The notes beneath the pieces are model-generated. The model was not told the origin of the DNA and searched no databases. It saw only the letters and a program-made list of their open reading frames with translations. From NCBI GenBank assembly GCA_965215885.1, contig CBDCEW010000092.1, positions 40,145 through 104,144 on the forward strand: a stretch of DNA of 64,000 bases, read 5' to 3'. Each line of letters opens with the position of its first letter. The first letter of the stretch is position 1. This DNA is from Candidatus Moanibacter sp. (GTDB lineage: Bacteria; Verrucomicrobiota; Verrucomicrobiia; Opitutales; UBA2987). Positions 1 through 10,686 of the stretch are shown here, in pieces. Both the position numbers and the translations under genes were made by a program.

Positions 1-5
1 GGGCG

Positions 6-896
6 CTAAGGCTTTGGCGTTGCAGATAGGGGGTATACAGGACTCTCCCCGATGAGTTTTTGCAGGTCTTCGAGATCGAGCAGTTTGCTCTGCTCGATAT
101 TGACCGCGGCCAACAACCCGCAAGCCACCCATTGTTTCAAAAGCCAGCCCTCTTCGCGATCAATCTGAGCGACTTCTCTGAGCGCGGCACTGAACAGAAG
201 TACTCCCAGGTGCCGATACCATTGCACCGCTTCGGAGCTCTCCCTCGAAAAATCGGGAGACTCCTTGCGATTGTCCCCTTCGCTTTCGGGGCTATTTTCT
301 GCTTCTTGCTCCTGTTCGTCCCTCCCCGAGTCCTCCGGGCAATCCCAGGGAGTCTCCCGATTTTGCGCCCTCTCGGCTTCGGCCTCCTTTGCCCGGGCCT
401 CTTTAAGCTCCTTAAAGACAGGGCGCAAAGTTTCCCCACTGAGGTTAACTCCGAACACCTCCTCGATCTCCCCCCGTATCTTCTTGCTGTAGCCATACCG
501 ACTCTCCCCATAGATCTGCCCGAAGCGCACCCGCCCAAAACTCCGGATTTCCCTCGTCAATTTGCGCTGAGCGCTGCGTCCCGCCAGCACTCGCGCTAAG
601 GTCTCGGCATCTCCGCTTTGAAGCGCCTCCCCCCACCGCTTCATCGTTTTGGGGTCAACCTCAAATTGCTTCTCTAAGCGCCCTTTCTTCAACCCCGCAT
701 TGTAGAGGCGCCCCACCAATAGCTTGAATTCAACTTGCTCCCGATCGTCCTCTACGACTTCAAAAAGCTCATGCCCGTAATAGACGTGCAGTTTGCCTTC
801 GCTCAGATCCCGATAGACCGTGATCGAGGGATTACCCTTGTCCACTCCAAGGATGCACTGTAAGAAGGTCTCTTCTTTGACGGTAGGTTTCTCCAT
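6..896 (-). pseudogene. Putative transposase, N-terminal HTH-containing part, probably truncated
   Basis: 296-aa ORF with an HTH-like segment (RLEKQFEVDPKTMKRWGEAL) and an acidic low-complexity linker. It resembles the N-terminus of large putative transposases, but no DDE domain is reached before the stop at the window edge. Confidence 0.45.
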
Positions 897-948
897 TTTT
901 CTTCGAATTTGATGGTTCGAAGATGAAGCCTACCGTTTTCTTTAGCTC

Positions 949-1044
949 TTAAAGATCCTCGGGGCAAGCCCCGAGGCATTTGATATTAGACTTTATGAAT
1001 TAGAAACGAAGCAAGCTTCGGGGAATTAAACCCGAAGCGATTAA
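949..1044. mobile_element. Miniature non-autonomous IS200/IS605-like element (two hairpin ends, no ORF)
   Basis: Hairpins CCTCGGGG-CAAG-CCCCGAGG (957-976) and CGAAGC-AA-GCTTCG (1007-1020), then GGGAATTAAACCC. TTAA on both sides (949-952, 1041-1044). Confidence 0.55.
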
Positions 1045-1480
1045 AAGCCGGGAATTGTATCTGCGATTGCCCCCTGCCCGCCAACCCGCATGATAGCGAG
1101 TTCTGAACTTAGTGCCCACAGAGAGCGCTTTTTGGGAATGCTCTTCTTTGTGTTTCTCCACTCGCATAAGCGAGTTGGCGAAGTCGACTCCATCTTGTTC
1201 CTTAATCTCGCGCAACTTATATACCGTCGCATCCGTTGGGGAACCCTCTTTCCATTCGTTGCTCCCAATCACTTTCACTCTTTCTTATCCGTGCCAATCA
1301 GTGTAATCCGTGGTCTCTCTTCCTGTTTTGATTGCAACTGTGCTGCTGCAGGTCATTCATAGTAAATTCATACTCCTTTGCTCACTCTCTACCGTAATCC
1401 GGCCTCCAATTGACCGAGCGGCATCAAGTTGACTTAATTCCTAAGGATTACATCACTTCACTCCGATAAAGTCTTATTCA

Positions 1481-2877
1481 ATGTCAGAGGAAGACCAATA
1501 CGATCTGGTGGTGATCGGGGGAGGCCCGGCCGGTTATGCGGGGGCTATTCGAGCCGGTCAATTGGGAAAGAAAGTTGCCTGCATCGAGTTTGAGAGGGCG
1601 GGTGGCACATGCCTCAACTGGGGCTGTATTCCATCAAAGGCTCTCCTCAAGGCTGCTGAGCTCTATACGGATATTCATAGTGCAGAATCCTTCGGTTTCT
1701 CGGTGGGAGAGGTTGGCGTGGATTTCGGCAAGGTCATGCAGCGTTCACGCGAAGTATCGGACCGGATGGGAGGCGGCGTTGAGTTTCTTTTTAAGAAAAA
1801 CAAAGTCGATTACTTTTTGGGGAGAGGCCACGTATCGGTGCCGGGTATTGTGGAGATTACTGAAGGGCCCGATATGGGGAGGTTCTTTTCTACACGAAAT
1901 GTCATCGTGTGCACAGGCTGCAAGGCTCGCATTCTTCCAGACCTGAAAGTCGACGGTGAACGTGTCATGACCTCGAGGGAAGCGTTAGCCTTGAAGAGAA
2001 TGCCGAAATCGGTGGCGATCCTGGGGGCGGGCGCAATTGGGGTGGAATTTGCCTACTTTCTAAATACTCTGGGTTGCGACGTAACCTTAATCGAGATGCT
2101 CCCGCAAGTCTTGCCTGTCGAAGACAGAGAGCTTTCCAACGTTGTGGCACGATCTTTCAAGAAGCAGGAATAGCGGTGCATGTCGATGCGGTTGTTGAAG
2201 ACATTAAGACCTCGAGACGTTCGGTTTCTATGGTTCTGGTTAAGGGTGAAGAAAGGTTACCTCTCAAGACCGATGCCCTTCTCTTAGCGATTGGAGTGGT
2301 GGCAAACACGGATGGCCTCTTTTCGCCAAAGGTAAAACCATCCGTTGAGAAGGGGTTTATTGTTGTCAATGAGCGCTATGAAACGAGCGTCAGGGGCCTC
2401 TATGCGGCGGGAGATCTCATCGGGCCTCCCTGGCTGGCTCATGTGGCGACGTATGAAGCGATAGAGGCGGTCAATGGAATTTTCGGGGTAGGTGAGCCAG
2501 GGTCGGTGAGGGTGTTTCCGAGTTGCACTTATTGTCAGCCACAGGTTGCGAGCGTAGGACTGACAGAGGAGGCGGCGAAGGAAAAGGGGCTGAATTATAG
2601 AGTGGGGAAGTTTCCGTTTTCTGCAAACGGCAAGGCCGTTGCCGTCAGTCATACGGAAGGTTTAGTGAAATTGATCGTTGAAAAGGACTACGGGGAGATT
2701 CTTGGGGCGCATATCGTGGGGAGCGATGCCACCGAGTTGATCGCGGAATATGTCCTGGCGATGAAGGCGGAGCTGACGGCGGATGACATCCACGGCACGA
2801 TCCATGCGCATCCGACCTTGAGTGAAGCTCTCGGTGAAGCAGCTGCCGCTGCCTATGGGGAGGCGATACATATTTAA
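1481..2877 (+). CDS. lpdA: Dihydrolipoyl dehydrogenase (E3); one frameshift near 2165-2172
   Basis: GGGPAGY FAD motif, GGTCLNWGCIPSK redox disulfide, GAGAIG NAD motif and C-terminal HAHPTLSE, split over ORFs 1481-2173 and 2074-2877. One missing G in CAGGAATAG restores KKQGIAV, so probably a sequencing indel. Confidence 0.95.
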
Positions 2878-3126
2878 CCCGCAAATTTCACCAGGAGAAA
2901 CTGCAAAGAGTGAGCCCACGGATGCAGTAGCCATCCCAATGTTCCTTGCGGTGTTCGAGCGATAGGAGGAAAGCTAAACAAGCCTCTATTTGGTCAAGGG
3001 GTGAGGGTCACTGGCAAGCGCAGTGGGATGGGGCGCAGCCCACGGTGGGGAAGAAGCAAAGAAGGAGTCGTGTCGGACTTGGTTCGGATAAATTGAGAAT
3101 CATCGAGCGTCTTCTCGCCGCACCTT

Positions 3127-3160
3127 GTCATTGCGAGGAAGAATGACGAAGCAATCCAGA
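3127..3160. repeat. GTCATTGCGAGGAAG...GACGAAGCAATCCAG dispersed repeat (second copy ~5836-5900)
   Basis: Near-identical 33-mer at ~3127 and ~5836, one on each side of the TonB receptor gene. The second copy continues into the complementary arm CTGGATTGCCACG. Confidence 0.7.
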
Positions 3161-3191
3161 TTTCCGATCACGCATATCGCTGGAATGCATT

Positions 3192-3256
3192 CGAAAAGCT
3201 TCCGCTTTCCGCTACGCACTTCGATTCGGGAAGTAGCGGAAAGCGGAAGCTTTTCG
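3192..3256. repeat. Perfect 24-bp inverted repeat with inner CTAC/GTAG ends (REP-like; possible bidirectional terminator)
   Basis: CGAAAAGCTTCCGCTTTCCGCTAC (3192-3215) and GTAGCGGAAAGCGGAAGCTTTTCG (3233-3256), between convergent genes. Confidence 0.75.
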
Positions 3257-3377
3257 TCTTCCTAGACGCACGCAGTTTCACTCCTGTATGGTGCGGCCCG
3301 CCCTAAGCTTCAGTCGAACGGGAAAGCCATGGCCCGCCGGGGGCCCCACTGACCAATAATCTCGAGAGATTTCCCGG

Positions 3378-5702
3378 CTAAAAGCCGTACTGCATACCAA
3401 CGTAGGCCAGGCGGGGAGAACCGGGTCGGGGCCCGTGTGGGTGACGTGAGGCAATATATACTTCGTCGGTCAGGTTTGTGATCGAGCCAAAGATCTCGAA
3501 ATTCGCGGCAACCTTATAATAGGCGCTCAGGTCGACCGTAAAATAGCTATCAGTCGTACCGAATCGGGAATCGACTCTGCCCGAGTTTGGATTGATTTCC
3601 TCCTTCGAGTTGGCGGCCGACGTGAACGTCGCGTCGACATAGGAAGCGCTGAGATAGGCGCGCACTCTCCCAAGTTCGATGCCTGCAGTCGCGTTACACT
3701 GAAACTCCGGAATATACGGTAGGCGATTTCCGTCCCGCCCTCCCGCAAAGATGGACTCTTCATCTTCGGAATTAGAGTCTCCCATGAGCTTTGCGTCCGT
3801 ATAGGTGACCGAAAACGTATAGGGATTGTTGAACTTCCAGGCATTCTTGCGGCCCGGATCAATTCCGAGCATGAATTCCACGCCGGAAGAGTCGACTCTC
3901 CCAACATTCTCAGAATCACCCGTTCCCGATCCCCCGATGTTGTCGATCACAATTAGATCGTCGAAACGGGTATGGAATAACACGATCTCACCGTAGATAC
4001 CTTCTCGATTGTTAAAGCGAGCACCGAATTCAAAGGCATCGCTTGTTTCCTCCTGAATGCCGTTGAGCGCGTGATTTCGCGGTGAAGGCGCTGAAAATCC
4101 CCTGTTGTAACCCGCAAAGAGTATCCAATTATCGGATTTCCTATAAGTCCCGGATATACCCGGCGCGAAGAGATGCAAATCGCTCTCGCCGCTTCCTACG
4201 GGTTCGTTGGTGCCGTCTGTAGAATAGTCGGTGAATTCGTAGTCAATGCTCTCGAAACGTGCCCCCGGCACCAATGTCCATGGGCCGAATGCTATCTTAT
4301 CATCGATATAGGTTGAGAATGCGCGGGTTCTCTGTCGCCGATTCCCATCCGATCCGTTTTGGCTTCTGATATCGTCAACAAAGTTGCCCCGACTGTCCTG
4401 GATCATGAGATTGTGCCATTGAAACCGACGGATTTGATCCTGGTGGACTCGAACTCCGACCTCAAGCTCGTGAGAAGCAGCGCCTGTATCGAAGTTGTAG
4501 TCGAATGCGGTTTGAAATCCGGCCATGTAGTAGTCGCGATTGTTCGCGCGGACACGCAGCTTCCCCGCCCGTTCTCCCTCAAGCACTTCCAGGGCCACGC
4601 CGTCGCGAGCCCCGGCCAGAGCGCGTGAGAGATTCTCCACCACCGGACTTCCTCCGGGTGCGTCTCCCTCCGGTATACCGTCTCCATCAATGTCGATATC
4701 TCGTATATCGTGGAGCTTGAACCAGTTTCGGTGAAACTTGCTGTAGTAGGCGGTTGAAGTCAGCTTCGCGCGATCGCCAAACTCAATCACGTGGCGCAAG
4801 TGGAGTCGGATGTGATTAGTATCGATCCGATCGAGGCGCGATGCCGCGTAGCGGCGATATGGGCTGGCACGAAGATCCTCCGTAGACAGACCCAGGTAGG
4901 CCTCGTTCGCGCGCAAATTCGTGTATCCAATCTTAAATTCGAAATAGTTGTATTTGCTCGAATTCGGTTCCCATGTCGCTTTGAACATGGTGTCTGTCCG
5001 CGCAAAGCCGGTCTCTCCCGATTCTTCGAAATCTCCTGCACCGTCCACTATTTTAAAGCCGTCCGTTTGCCGTCGATACGCTTCCAGAAGGTACCCAAAA
5101 CGACCCTTCTCATTTTCCAGGAATTGCCCAAATCGCCCGGTCGCGCGGACCTCGTTGTGGCTCCCATAGGCAAAACGAATAGCCCCTTTTCTCGTTTCTT
5201 TCGGAATCGGCGTGGAAAGATAGTTGATTGCCCCGCCCGTTGTATGCGGGCCATACCGGATTTGGCTCGAACCCTTCAGCACTTCCACGCCTGACATTCT
5301 TCCGGCCGATGGAATGTAATAGGCCGAAGGTGCCGAATAAGTGGCCGGCGATGTCAAGACACCGTCTTCCATTACGGTTAGTTTCCCGCTTCGAGTGGTA
5401 TCGACTCCCCGAAGACTGATGTTCGGGAAGAGGCCGTAACCATCCTCCTCTCGTATATATACTCCAGGGGCAGGGCGAAGGATTCGATTGATGTCATCCA
5501 GTTGCAGCGCATTGATCAGCTCTTCACCAATATAGATTCCCGAACCCGCTACAGTGAATATGTTCTCCCCGGAACCGATTACTTCGAAATCCTCCAGGGC
5601 CTTTATGTGCTTATCATCTGTGCCACTGCTTTCCGCATGGGCCGATAACGTCATTTGAAACCCTACCAGGATGTGGATGAGGAGCGCCCTTTTCCGCTTC
5701 AT
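3378..5702 (-). CDS. TonB-dependent outer-membrane receptor (FecA-like, probably iron uptake)
   Basis: 774 aa; signal peptide; plug motifs (PGVYIREEDGYGLFPNISLRG, VEVLKGSSQIRYGPHTTGGAINY); C-terminal NLTDEVY...GMQYGF ending in Phe. Confidence 0.92.
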   Translation of the reverse strand: MKRKRALLIHILVGFQMTLSAHAESSGTDDKHIKALEDFEVIGSGENIFTVAGSGIYIGEELINALQLDDINRILRPAPGVYIREEDGYGLFPNISLRGVDTTRSGKLTVMEDGVLTSPATYSAPSAYYIPSAGRMSGVEVLKGSSQIRYGPHTTGGAINYLSTPIPKETRKGAIRFAYGSHNEVRATGRFGQFLENEKGRFGYLLEAYRRQTDGFKIVDGAGDFEESGETGFARTDTMFKATWEPNSSKYNYFEFKIGYTNLRANEAYLGLSTEDLRASPYRRYAASRLDRIDTNHIRLHLRHVIEFGDRAKLTSTAYYSKFHRNWFKLHDIRDIDIDGDGIPEGDAPGGSPVVENLSRALAGARDGVALEVLEGERAGKLRVRANNRDYYMAGFQTAFDYNFDTGAASHELEVGVRVHQDQIRRFQWHNLMIQDSRGNFVDDIRSQNGSDGNRRQRTRAFSTYIDDKIAFGPWTLVPGARFESIDYEFTDYSTDGTNEPVGSGESDLHLFAPGISGTYRKSDNWILFAGYNRGFSAPSPRNHALNGIQEETSDAFEFGARFNNREGIYGEIVLFHTRFDDLIVIDNIGGSGTGDSENVGRVDSSGVEFMLGIDPGRKNAWKFNNPYTFSVTYTDAKLMGDSNSEDEESIFAGGRDGNRLPYIPEFQCNATAGIELGRVRAYLSASYVDATFTSAANSKEEINPNSGRVDSRFGTTDSYFTVDLSAYYKVAANFEIFGSITNLTDEVYIASRHPHGPRPGSPRLAYVGMQYGF

Positions 5703-5727
5703 TTCTGTCTTCTGATTCGGCTTCAGG

Positions 5728-5769
5728 ATAATTAGAATAATTCTAATTATTGAGACTGAGTCTCAATAA
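5728..5769. promoter_or_regulatory. Two overlapping perfect 11-1-11 palindromes (Fur-box-like operators)
   Basis: ATAATTAGAAT-A-ATTCTAATTAT (5728-5750) and TTATTGAGACT-G-AGTCTCAATAA (5747-5769), 26-67 bp upstream of the receptor start codon. Confidence 0.7.
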
Positions 5770-5952
5770 CAATAATGCAAAAGTTGAGGATGTGGACAAA
5801 GTCAAATAAAATCCTCAAAAACTATAAGAATAGGGTCATTGCGAGGAAGTATGACGAAGCAATCCAGGCATTTGGCCCTTCGAAATTCTGGATTGCCACG
5901 GTCTGCCGTGTAGCAGACCTCGTCCCGCTCGGCGGGAACAGGTTCCTTTCCG

Positions 5953-5992
5953 GCTAGTAATCTCTCGGACCGAAGTCCGAGAGATTACTAGC
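5953..5992 (-). terminator. 18-bp perfect stem-loop overlapping the phnE stop codon
   Basis: GCTAGTAATCTCTCGGAC-CGAA-GTCCGAGAGATTACTAGC; no clear U-tract. Confidence 0.55.
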
Positions 5993-6833
5993 GGGAAAGG
6001 GGCTGGTGGCTCATTTTTTTGGAGATACTGCGGCGGATGCGCTCGCCGAGGAGGTCGAGGAGGGTTACGACTAGAAGAATGCAGAGGAGGACGGTAGCGA
6101 ACTTATCCCACTGACCAAACTCCTGATAAATCTGCAGGTGCAGTCCGATACCGCCGGCGCCCACATAGCCGATGATAGAGGCGGCGCGAATGTTGTATTC
6201 GAGCATCCAGAGTGAGTGACTCCAGATGAGTGGTTTAGCCTGTGGCCACAATCCGTATTGAAAGGCCTGAAAGGGGTTAGCCCCGATGGTGCGGAGTGAT
6301 TTAGCCACTTCGACATCGACGGATTCAAAGGATTCGCTGAAGAATTTCCCCAGGTAGCCCACGCTGTAAAAGGTCAGGCCAATGACTCCGGCGAGGTTAT
6401 TGGCCCCGACAATGGCGACGGCAATAAGCGCCCAAACAAGGCTGGGAAGGGTCCTGACCATGTTGAGGATCATGCGGATAGAGGCGACTAACCATCGGGG
6501 AGCAATGTTCTGGGCGGCGCCGAGGGAGAGAAAGAAGGAGATCAGTATAGCAAAGAATGTGGCGTGGAGTGCGATTTTGGCAGTATCCAGAAGTGAGGCG
6601 AGGGTCTGGCCGAGGACCGAAAAATCGGGAGGGAAGAAATATCGGGCAAAGCGTAGGAAATTCCCCAGATAGTCCAGATCACGTCCCGAGCCCTTGAGGA
6701 TGCCGGCTGATGAGATGACGGCGATAAGAAAGATAAAGAAAGTCACATTCAAAAGGTTGAGCCTTTCGTGCCATCTTAGTTCCGGGAAAGGAGGAGGGGA
6801 TGGCGGTTCGCTCGACTGGGATGGCTCCTTCAT
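5988..6833 (-). CDS. phnE: Phosphonate/phosphite/phosphate ABC transporter permease
   Basis: RTLPSLVWAL, GYLGKFFSESFE, EAA-loop-like segment, LEYNIRAASIIGYVGAGGIG. ATGA overlap with the phnC stop. Confidence 0.88.
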   Translation of the reverse strand: MKEPSQSSEPPSPPPFPELRWHERLNLLNVTFFIFLIAVISSAGILKGSGRDLDYLGNFLRFARYFFPPDFSVLGQTLASLLDTAKIALHATFFAILISFFLSLGAAQNIAPRWLVASIRMILNMVRTLPSLVWALIAVAIVGANNLAGVIGLTFYSVGYLGKFFSESFESVDVEVAKSLRTIGANPFQAFQYGLWPQAKPLIWSHSLWMLEYNIRAASIIGYVGAGGIGLHLQIYQEFGQWDKFATVLLCILLVVTLLDLLGERIRRSISKKMSHQPLSR

Positions 6834-7564
6834 GAATGATGCGCGTCTCTGAGGTGCCATTGATCGGGATGCTCGCGATTAAAGGATAAGACGCGATCGG
6901 CAAACCGTTGAATGAGGCTGGCATCGTGAATGACACAGAACACCGTCTTAGCTTTTTCCACCGTTTCCGCTTTCAGCAAACCGAGAACACGTCCCGTGAG
7001 ATAAGCGTCGAGTTGTGAAACCGGTTCGTCGGCGAAGTAGATACACGGGTCCTGAAGAATGGCGCGGGCCGTGCCCACGCGCTGTTTCTCTCCCCCTGAA
7101 ATTTCAGCGACCCAGCGGTGGACATACTCTGAAATTCCGAGGTCGAATAGAATCGAAAAAGCTTCCTTCCGGCAGCTACGGGGAAAGCCGAAAAGTGTCC
7201 GAAAAGTGGAGTAACGGCTTAGCCGGCCACAGAGCACGTTGTTCAGGACAGTGGAGTTTTCGCTGAGGTTCAAGTTTTGAAAAATAAACCCGAGATGGCG
7301 GCGGAATTCATCGGGTGACCGTCTGTCGTCCTTGCCGAATTCGTAGTGGAATTCACCTTCGGTTGGTCTTAACACTCCGGCGAGGCAGTTAAGAAAGCTG
7401 GTCTTTCCGGCGCCGGAAGGACCGACCACCGCGATAAAGCTTCCCTGATTTACGGTCAAATTCAGATCTCGAAAGAGCCACTTGCCGCCCCTTCGAAGAC
7501 TGAGATGGTTGACTTGCAGGGTTGGGGTGGGGAAGTGACCGCTCTCTTTAGACTCGTTTGTCAT
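6830..7564 (-). CDS. phnC: Phosphonate-type ABC transporter ATP-binding protein
   Basis: Walker A GPSGAGKT, signature ISGGEKQRV, Walker B YFADEPVSQLD, and PhnC-typical VLNNVLCGRL. Confidence 0.88.
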   Translation of the reverse strand: MTNESKESGHFPTPTLQVNHLSLRRGGKWLFRDLNLTVNQGSFIAVVGPSGAGKTSFLNCLAGVLRPTEGEFHYEFGKDDRRSPDEFRRHLGFIFQNLNLSENSTVLNNVLCGRLSRYSTFRTLFGFPRSCRKEAFSILFDLGISEYVHRWVAEISGGEKQRVGTARAILQDPCIYFADEPVSQLDAYLTGRVLGLLKAETVEKAKTVFCVIHDASLIQRFADRVLSFNREHPDQWHLRDAHHS

Positions 7565-7599
7565 GCAGTAAAGCGATGGGACAACCAATTTGAAAGAAA

Positions 7600-8015
7600 G
7601 AGTGGAACCGCAGATGAACGCCAATGGACGCGAATGTAGAAGGGAGCCCCGCGGATTGATTTAGCTTCTAATCCCGTCGGTCCGGGATTGGATGTTGGAC
7701 GTTGAATTACGCAATACTTTGAACATCAGCCTCTTCTACTACAGAACTTGCTCAAAAAATTAGAAATTGAATGATCGTAGCACGGATGGCCTAGCGCAGC
7801 GTAGCCACAACCAAAAGAGAAGAAGAGAACCGCAGATGAACGCGAATGGACGCGAATGAAAAAGAATTTACCACAGATTCGAGAAAACCGCTGATTGATT
7901 TAGCTTCCAACTCCAAATTAGGTTGCAATCCGTTGGGTCCCGCTGAGCGGGATTGGATGTTGGAATACGCAATACATTGAGTATCAGCCTCTTCTACGCA
8001 AAAACTTGCTCGAAA
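7600..8015. repeat. Two imperfect direct copies of a mosaic intergenic repeat (further partial copies ~9470-9590, ~9778-9801, ~26608-26640)
   Basis: Shared blocks GAACCGCAGATGAACGC.AATGGACGCGAATG, GATTGATTTAGCTTC, GGGATTGGATGTTGGA and CGCAATAC.TTGA..ATCAGCCTC. Confidence 0.7.
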
Positions 8016-8443
8016 CACAGGATTTTGACGGATTGTAAAACGGATAGAGAGAGGACATATGAATCCAATATTGGCTTTTTCGGCGCACTTTTGGACCGCT
8101 TGTCTGGAAATGGTGCGGTTGGAGAATCCAATAAGCTCGGCTTCTTTGCCAAGGGACAATCAGCAAAGCCAAAACAAAGTTCTTTGCGCGATTTCCTCTC
8201 TCTTCTGTTTAGCGAGGGCTGTGAGGTTCAACTTACTGACGGATACAATCAGCTTTTTTATACTTTTGCTATCAATTCTCTGCCACATTGGTCATTCGCT
8301 TGGAGCATCATAGGCGGACTTTGTCTTCGGATTGCTGATCCGTTGCTATCAATTCTCTCACAGTCCCCATTCGTTGCCCTTCATTCATTCGTTGCTGACC
8401 CATTCCTTTGGCTGTGGCTTTGCTGCGCTAGGAGAAATTCGGA

Positions 8444-9355
8444 CTAAAGTCTCATCCTGGCAACAATCTCCAGCGCCTCCTGGGTCACTTCCAGGTGTTT
8501 AACCGGATCTACTTCGATGAGCGTGGAATTGAATACTTTGTCGCGCAGCCGTGGATTCTCTTCGTTCAGTTCGAGTAGCGCACTCTTGATCGTCATCCGG
8601 TCGGAGATGCTGAGAGTACGCCTGACCGAAATCGTGTGACTTGGCACGGGTCCCTGTTGGGCAATCATTTTCAGTTTCGATCGCTGCCTTTCGGTCAGAT
8701 GCCGGTCTTCATCGAGCACATAGTAGCTCAGGGCCGCTGCGTCAGCTTCACCCCGGAGAACCTTTTGGGCTGCTGATACATAACCCACGCCGTAGTAGAC
8801 ATTTCCTTCGCCGAAGAAGCCTTCAGGTCCACTACCCATGCTGATCAGCTCTTTTTTGAACAGATCCCAAATTGGAATCAGAAATCCGGATGTGCTCGTG
8901 CGGCTGGAAAAGGCGATCGGTTTCCCTCTCAAATCCTCGATTCCCTGGTAGGGCTTCTCCTTAAGGGCGATCCAGTAGCTCATGTAGTGCGGCTTACCGT
9001 TGATTTCGCCCACCAGCAGGATGTCCGCTACCTCCTCGTTGATGGCCTGCGCGGCGCCGGTGGAACTGAGATAACCGAAATCGATCGTACCATTCCCGAA
9101 GCCGGCCGTAATGACTGCCGAGCTGAGCGGCACGATCACCTCTACCGGGCATGCCAGCTTTCTCGCAAGGTATTCCTCCAGCGCCGATTTCTCCTCCAGC
9201 ATGCGGTCTGGAGCCTTGTCCGGCTTTAGAGCAACTGTGACCCGCTCGAGCGAAATTTGCGACGCACACGCAACTGAACCCGACAACATCAATCCCACGA
9301 AAGCCGGGATGACACTGGCCACTCGAGCAACTTTGGAATAATGAGTCCTTGGCAT
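8444..9355 (-). CDS. phnD: Phosphate/phosphite/phosphonate ABC transporter substrate-binding protein
   Basis: Signal peptide; DLRGKPIAFSSRTSTSGFLIP motif; same strand as and upstream of phnC/phnE. Confidence 0.85.
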   Translation of the reverse strand: MPRTHYSKVARVASVIPAFVGLMLSGSVACASQISLERVTVALKPDKAPDRMLEEKSALEEYLARKLACPVEVIVPLSSAVITAGFGNGTIDFGYLSSTGAAQAINEEVADILLVGEINGKPHYMSYWIALKEKPYQGIEDLRGKPIAFSSRTSTSGFLIPIWDLFKKELISMGSGPEGFFGEGNVYYGVGYVSAAQKVLRGEADAAALSYYVLDEDRHLTERQRSKLKMIAQQGPVPSHTISVRRTLSISDRMTIKSALLELNEENPRLRDKVFNSTLIEVDPVKHLEVTQEALEIVARMRL

Positions 9356-9918
9356 TTCTTATCCGACGGGAGGCGAGATCTTTTTGAGATTAGGTCTCAA
9401 ATGCAAGAAGGAATTCCCAATACGATTTTGAACAGAAGGAAACAGAGGGAACCGGAGAGGAATAAGAGAGGAAGAGAACCGCGAATTAACGCAAATGAAC
9501 GCGAATGAAGAAGAATTGACCACGGATTCGAGCCGTCTTCGCTGCACTGCGCCGAGCCAGGGAACGCCGCGGATTGATTCAAACTCCAATTCTCCCGGCT
9601 CGCCGGGACGGGGAAAGGAGGACCCCCTCCCCCTTACCGATCTTCCCGCTCTTCCTGTGAAAATACGATCACGAATTGTGTTGTCCGCGGTTGTGGTTAC
9701 AGGGAGACCCCCGGCAAGCCGGGACGTAATCGCGGGAAGGACGGAGAGATGAAAATGAGGTGTTTTTTTGTTCCGACCGCAATACTTTGAATATCAGCCT
9801 CGCAGAGCTAAGCCTTTACCATTGACTCCCGAATGATACCCTTTTTTGTATTCGAAGCTAGAGAGCCCTCCCTTTTAAGTTCACTCTTTTTTCGCACGCA
9901 GTGCGAAAAAAGTGCTAC

Positions 9919-9993
9919 GCTCCCGTAGTTCAACGGATAGAATGTCGGTCTCCGGAACCGAAGATCTGGGTTCGAGTCCCAGCGGGAGTACCA
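9919..9993 (+). tRNA. tRNA-Arg (anticodon CCG)
   Basis: Acceptor stem GCTCCCG/CGGGAGT, D-arm GTTCAACGGATAGAAT, anticodon arm TCGGT-CTCCGGA-ACCGA, T-arm CTGGG-TTCGAGT-CCCAG, encoded CCA end; 75 nt. Confidence 0.97.
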
Positions 9994-10686
9994 TAATGGA
10001 AGTTGTTTATCATTAAATACTTATAAGAATACAAAGCTATTCTTAGACCGATAGTTTACCGTTTGTGATTCGACAGATTTCGCACACTTTCGGCACTTTT
10101 CGAACACCTTTCTGTCACAATACTGTCACACGGTTTTTCGGGGCTGGCTCGATTTCTAGGTTACCTCGTAGCCGCGCTGCGGTAGCAGGGTGGTGTGATG
10201 CGGGTTCGGTTCCTGATTTTTCCGGGTCGGGGTCGATATAGAATCAAGGTTGCTTCCTTTGCTTCCGTTCATCAGTTCCGTTGTTGTGACACGGATCGAA
10301 CTTCGGGATGAGTTCTTTTACTTACGTCCTGTTGATCTTAGACCAGCCTAAATGGTTTCTGTAGGTTGAAGGCAATTGAGGAAGGGGGGAGGGGGGGCGC
10401 CAATACACGGAGGGGAGTGCCAACTACACTGGTTGGGCCGCTCAAAAAAATTCTACAAAAAGAGGCGTTTCGTAGCACTCCTGCAACGTAGATACTCATC
10501 GGAAAATGGCTGTTTACCGCAATGTCTCATTGATTCCTTTCCTGAACCTGCAGGAATCGGTTGAGGAGATGATCGACGGCGTCGTTTCAGGTAAAAGTTA
10601 GCTGAGCCCCGATCGTGCCTGAAGGGAATCCCACGACGAGTTTCGACCGTTTACACTGAACTGGGAGAAGTACATGAGAAAACCAA

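Noticed and set aside
1..12. GGCGCTAAG at the window start as another IS4 end
   Set aside because: Only 9 nt match and the sequence is cut by the window edge.
10378..10470. G-rich run followed by A-tracts resembling a phage or satellite packaging region
   Set aside because: No terminase, primase or integrase gene nearby to support it.
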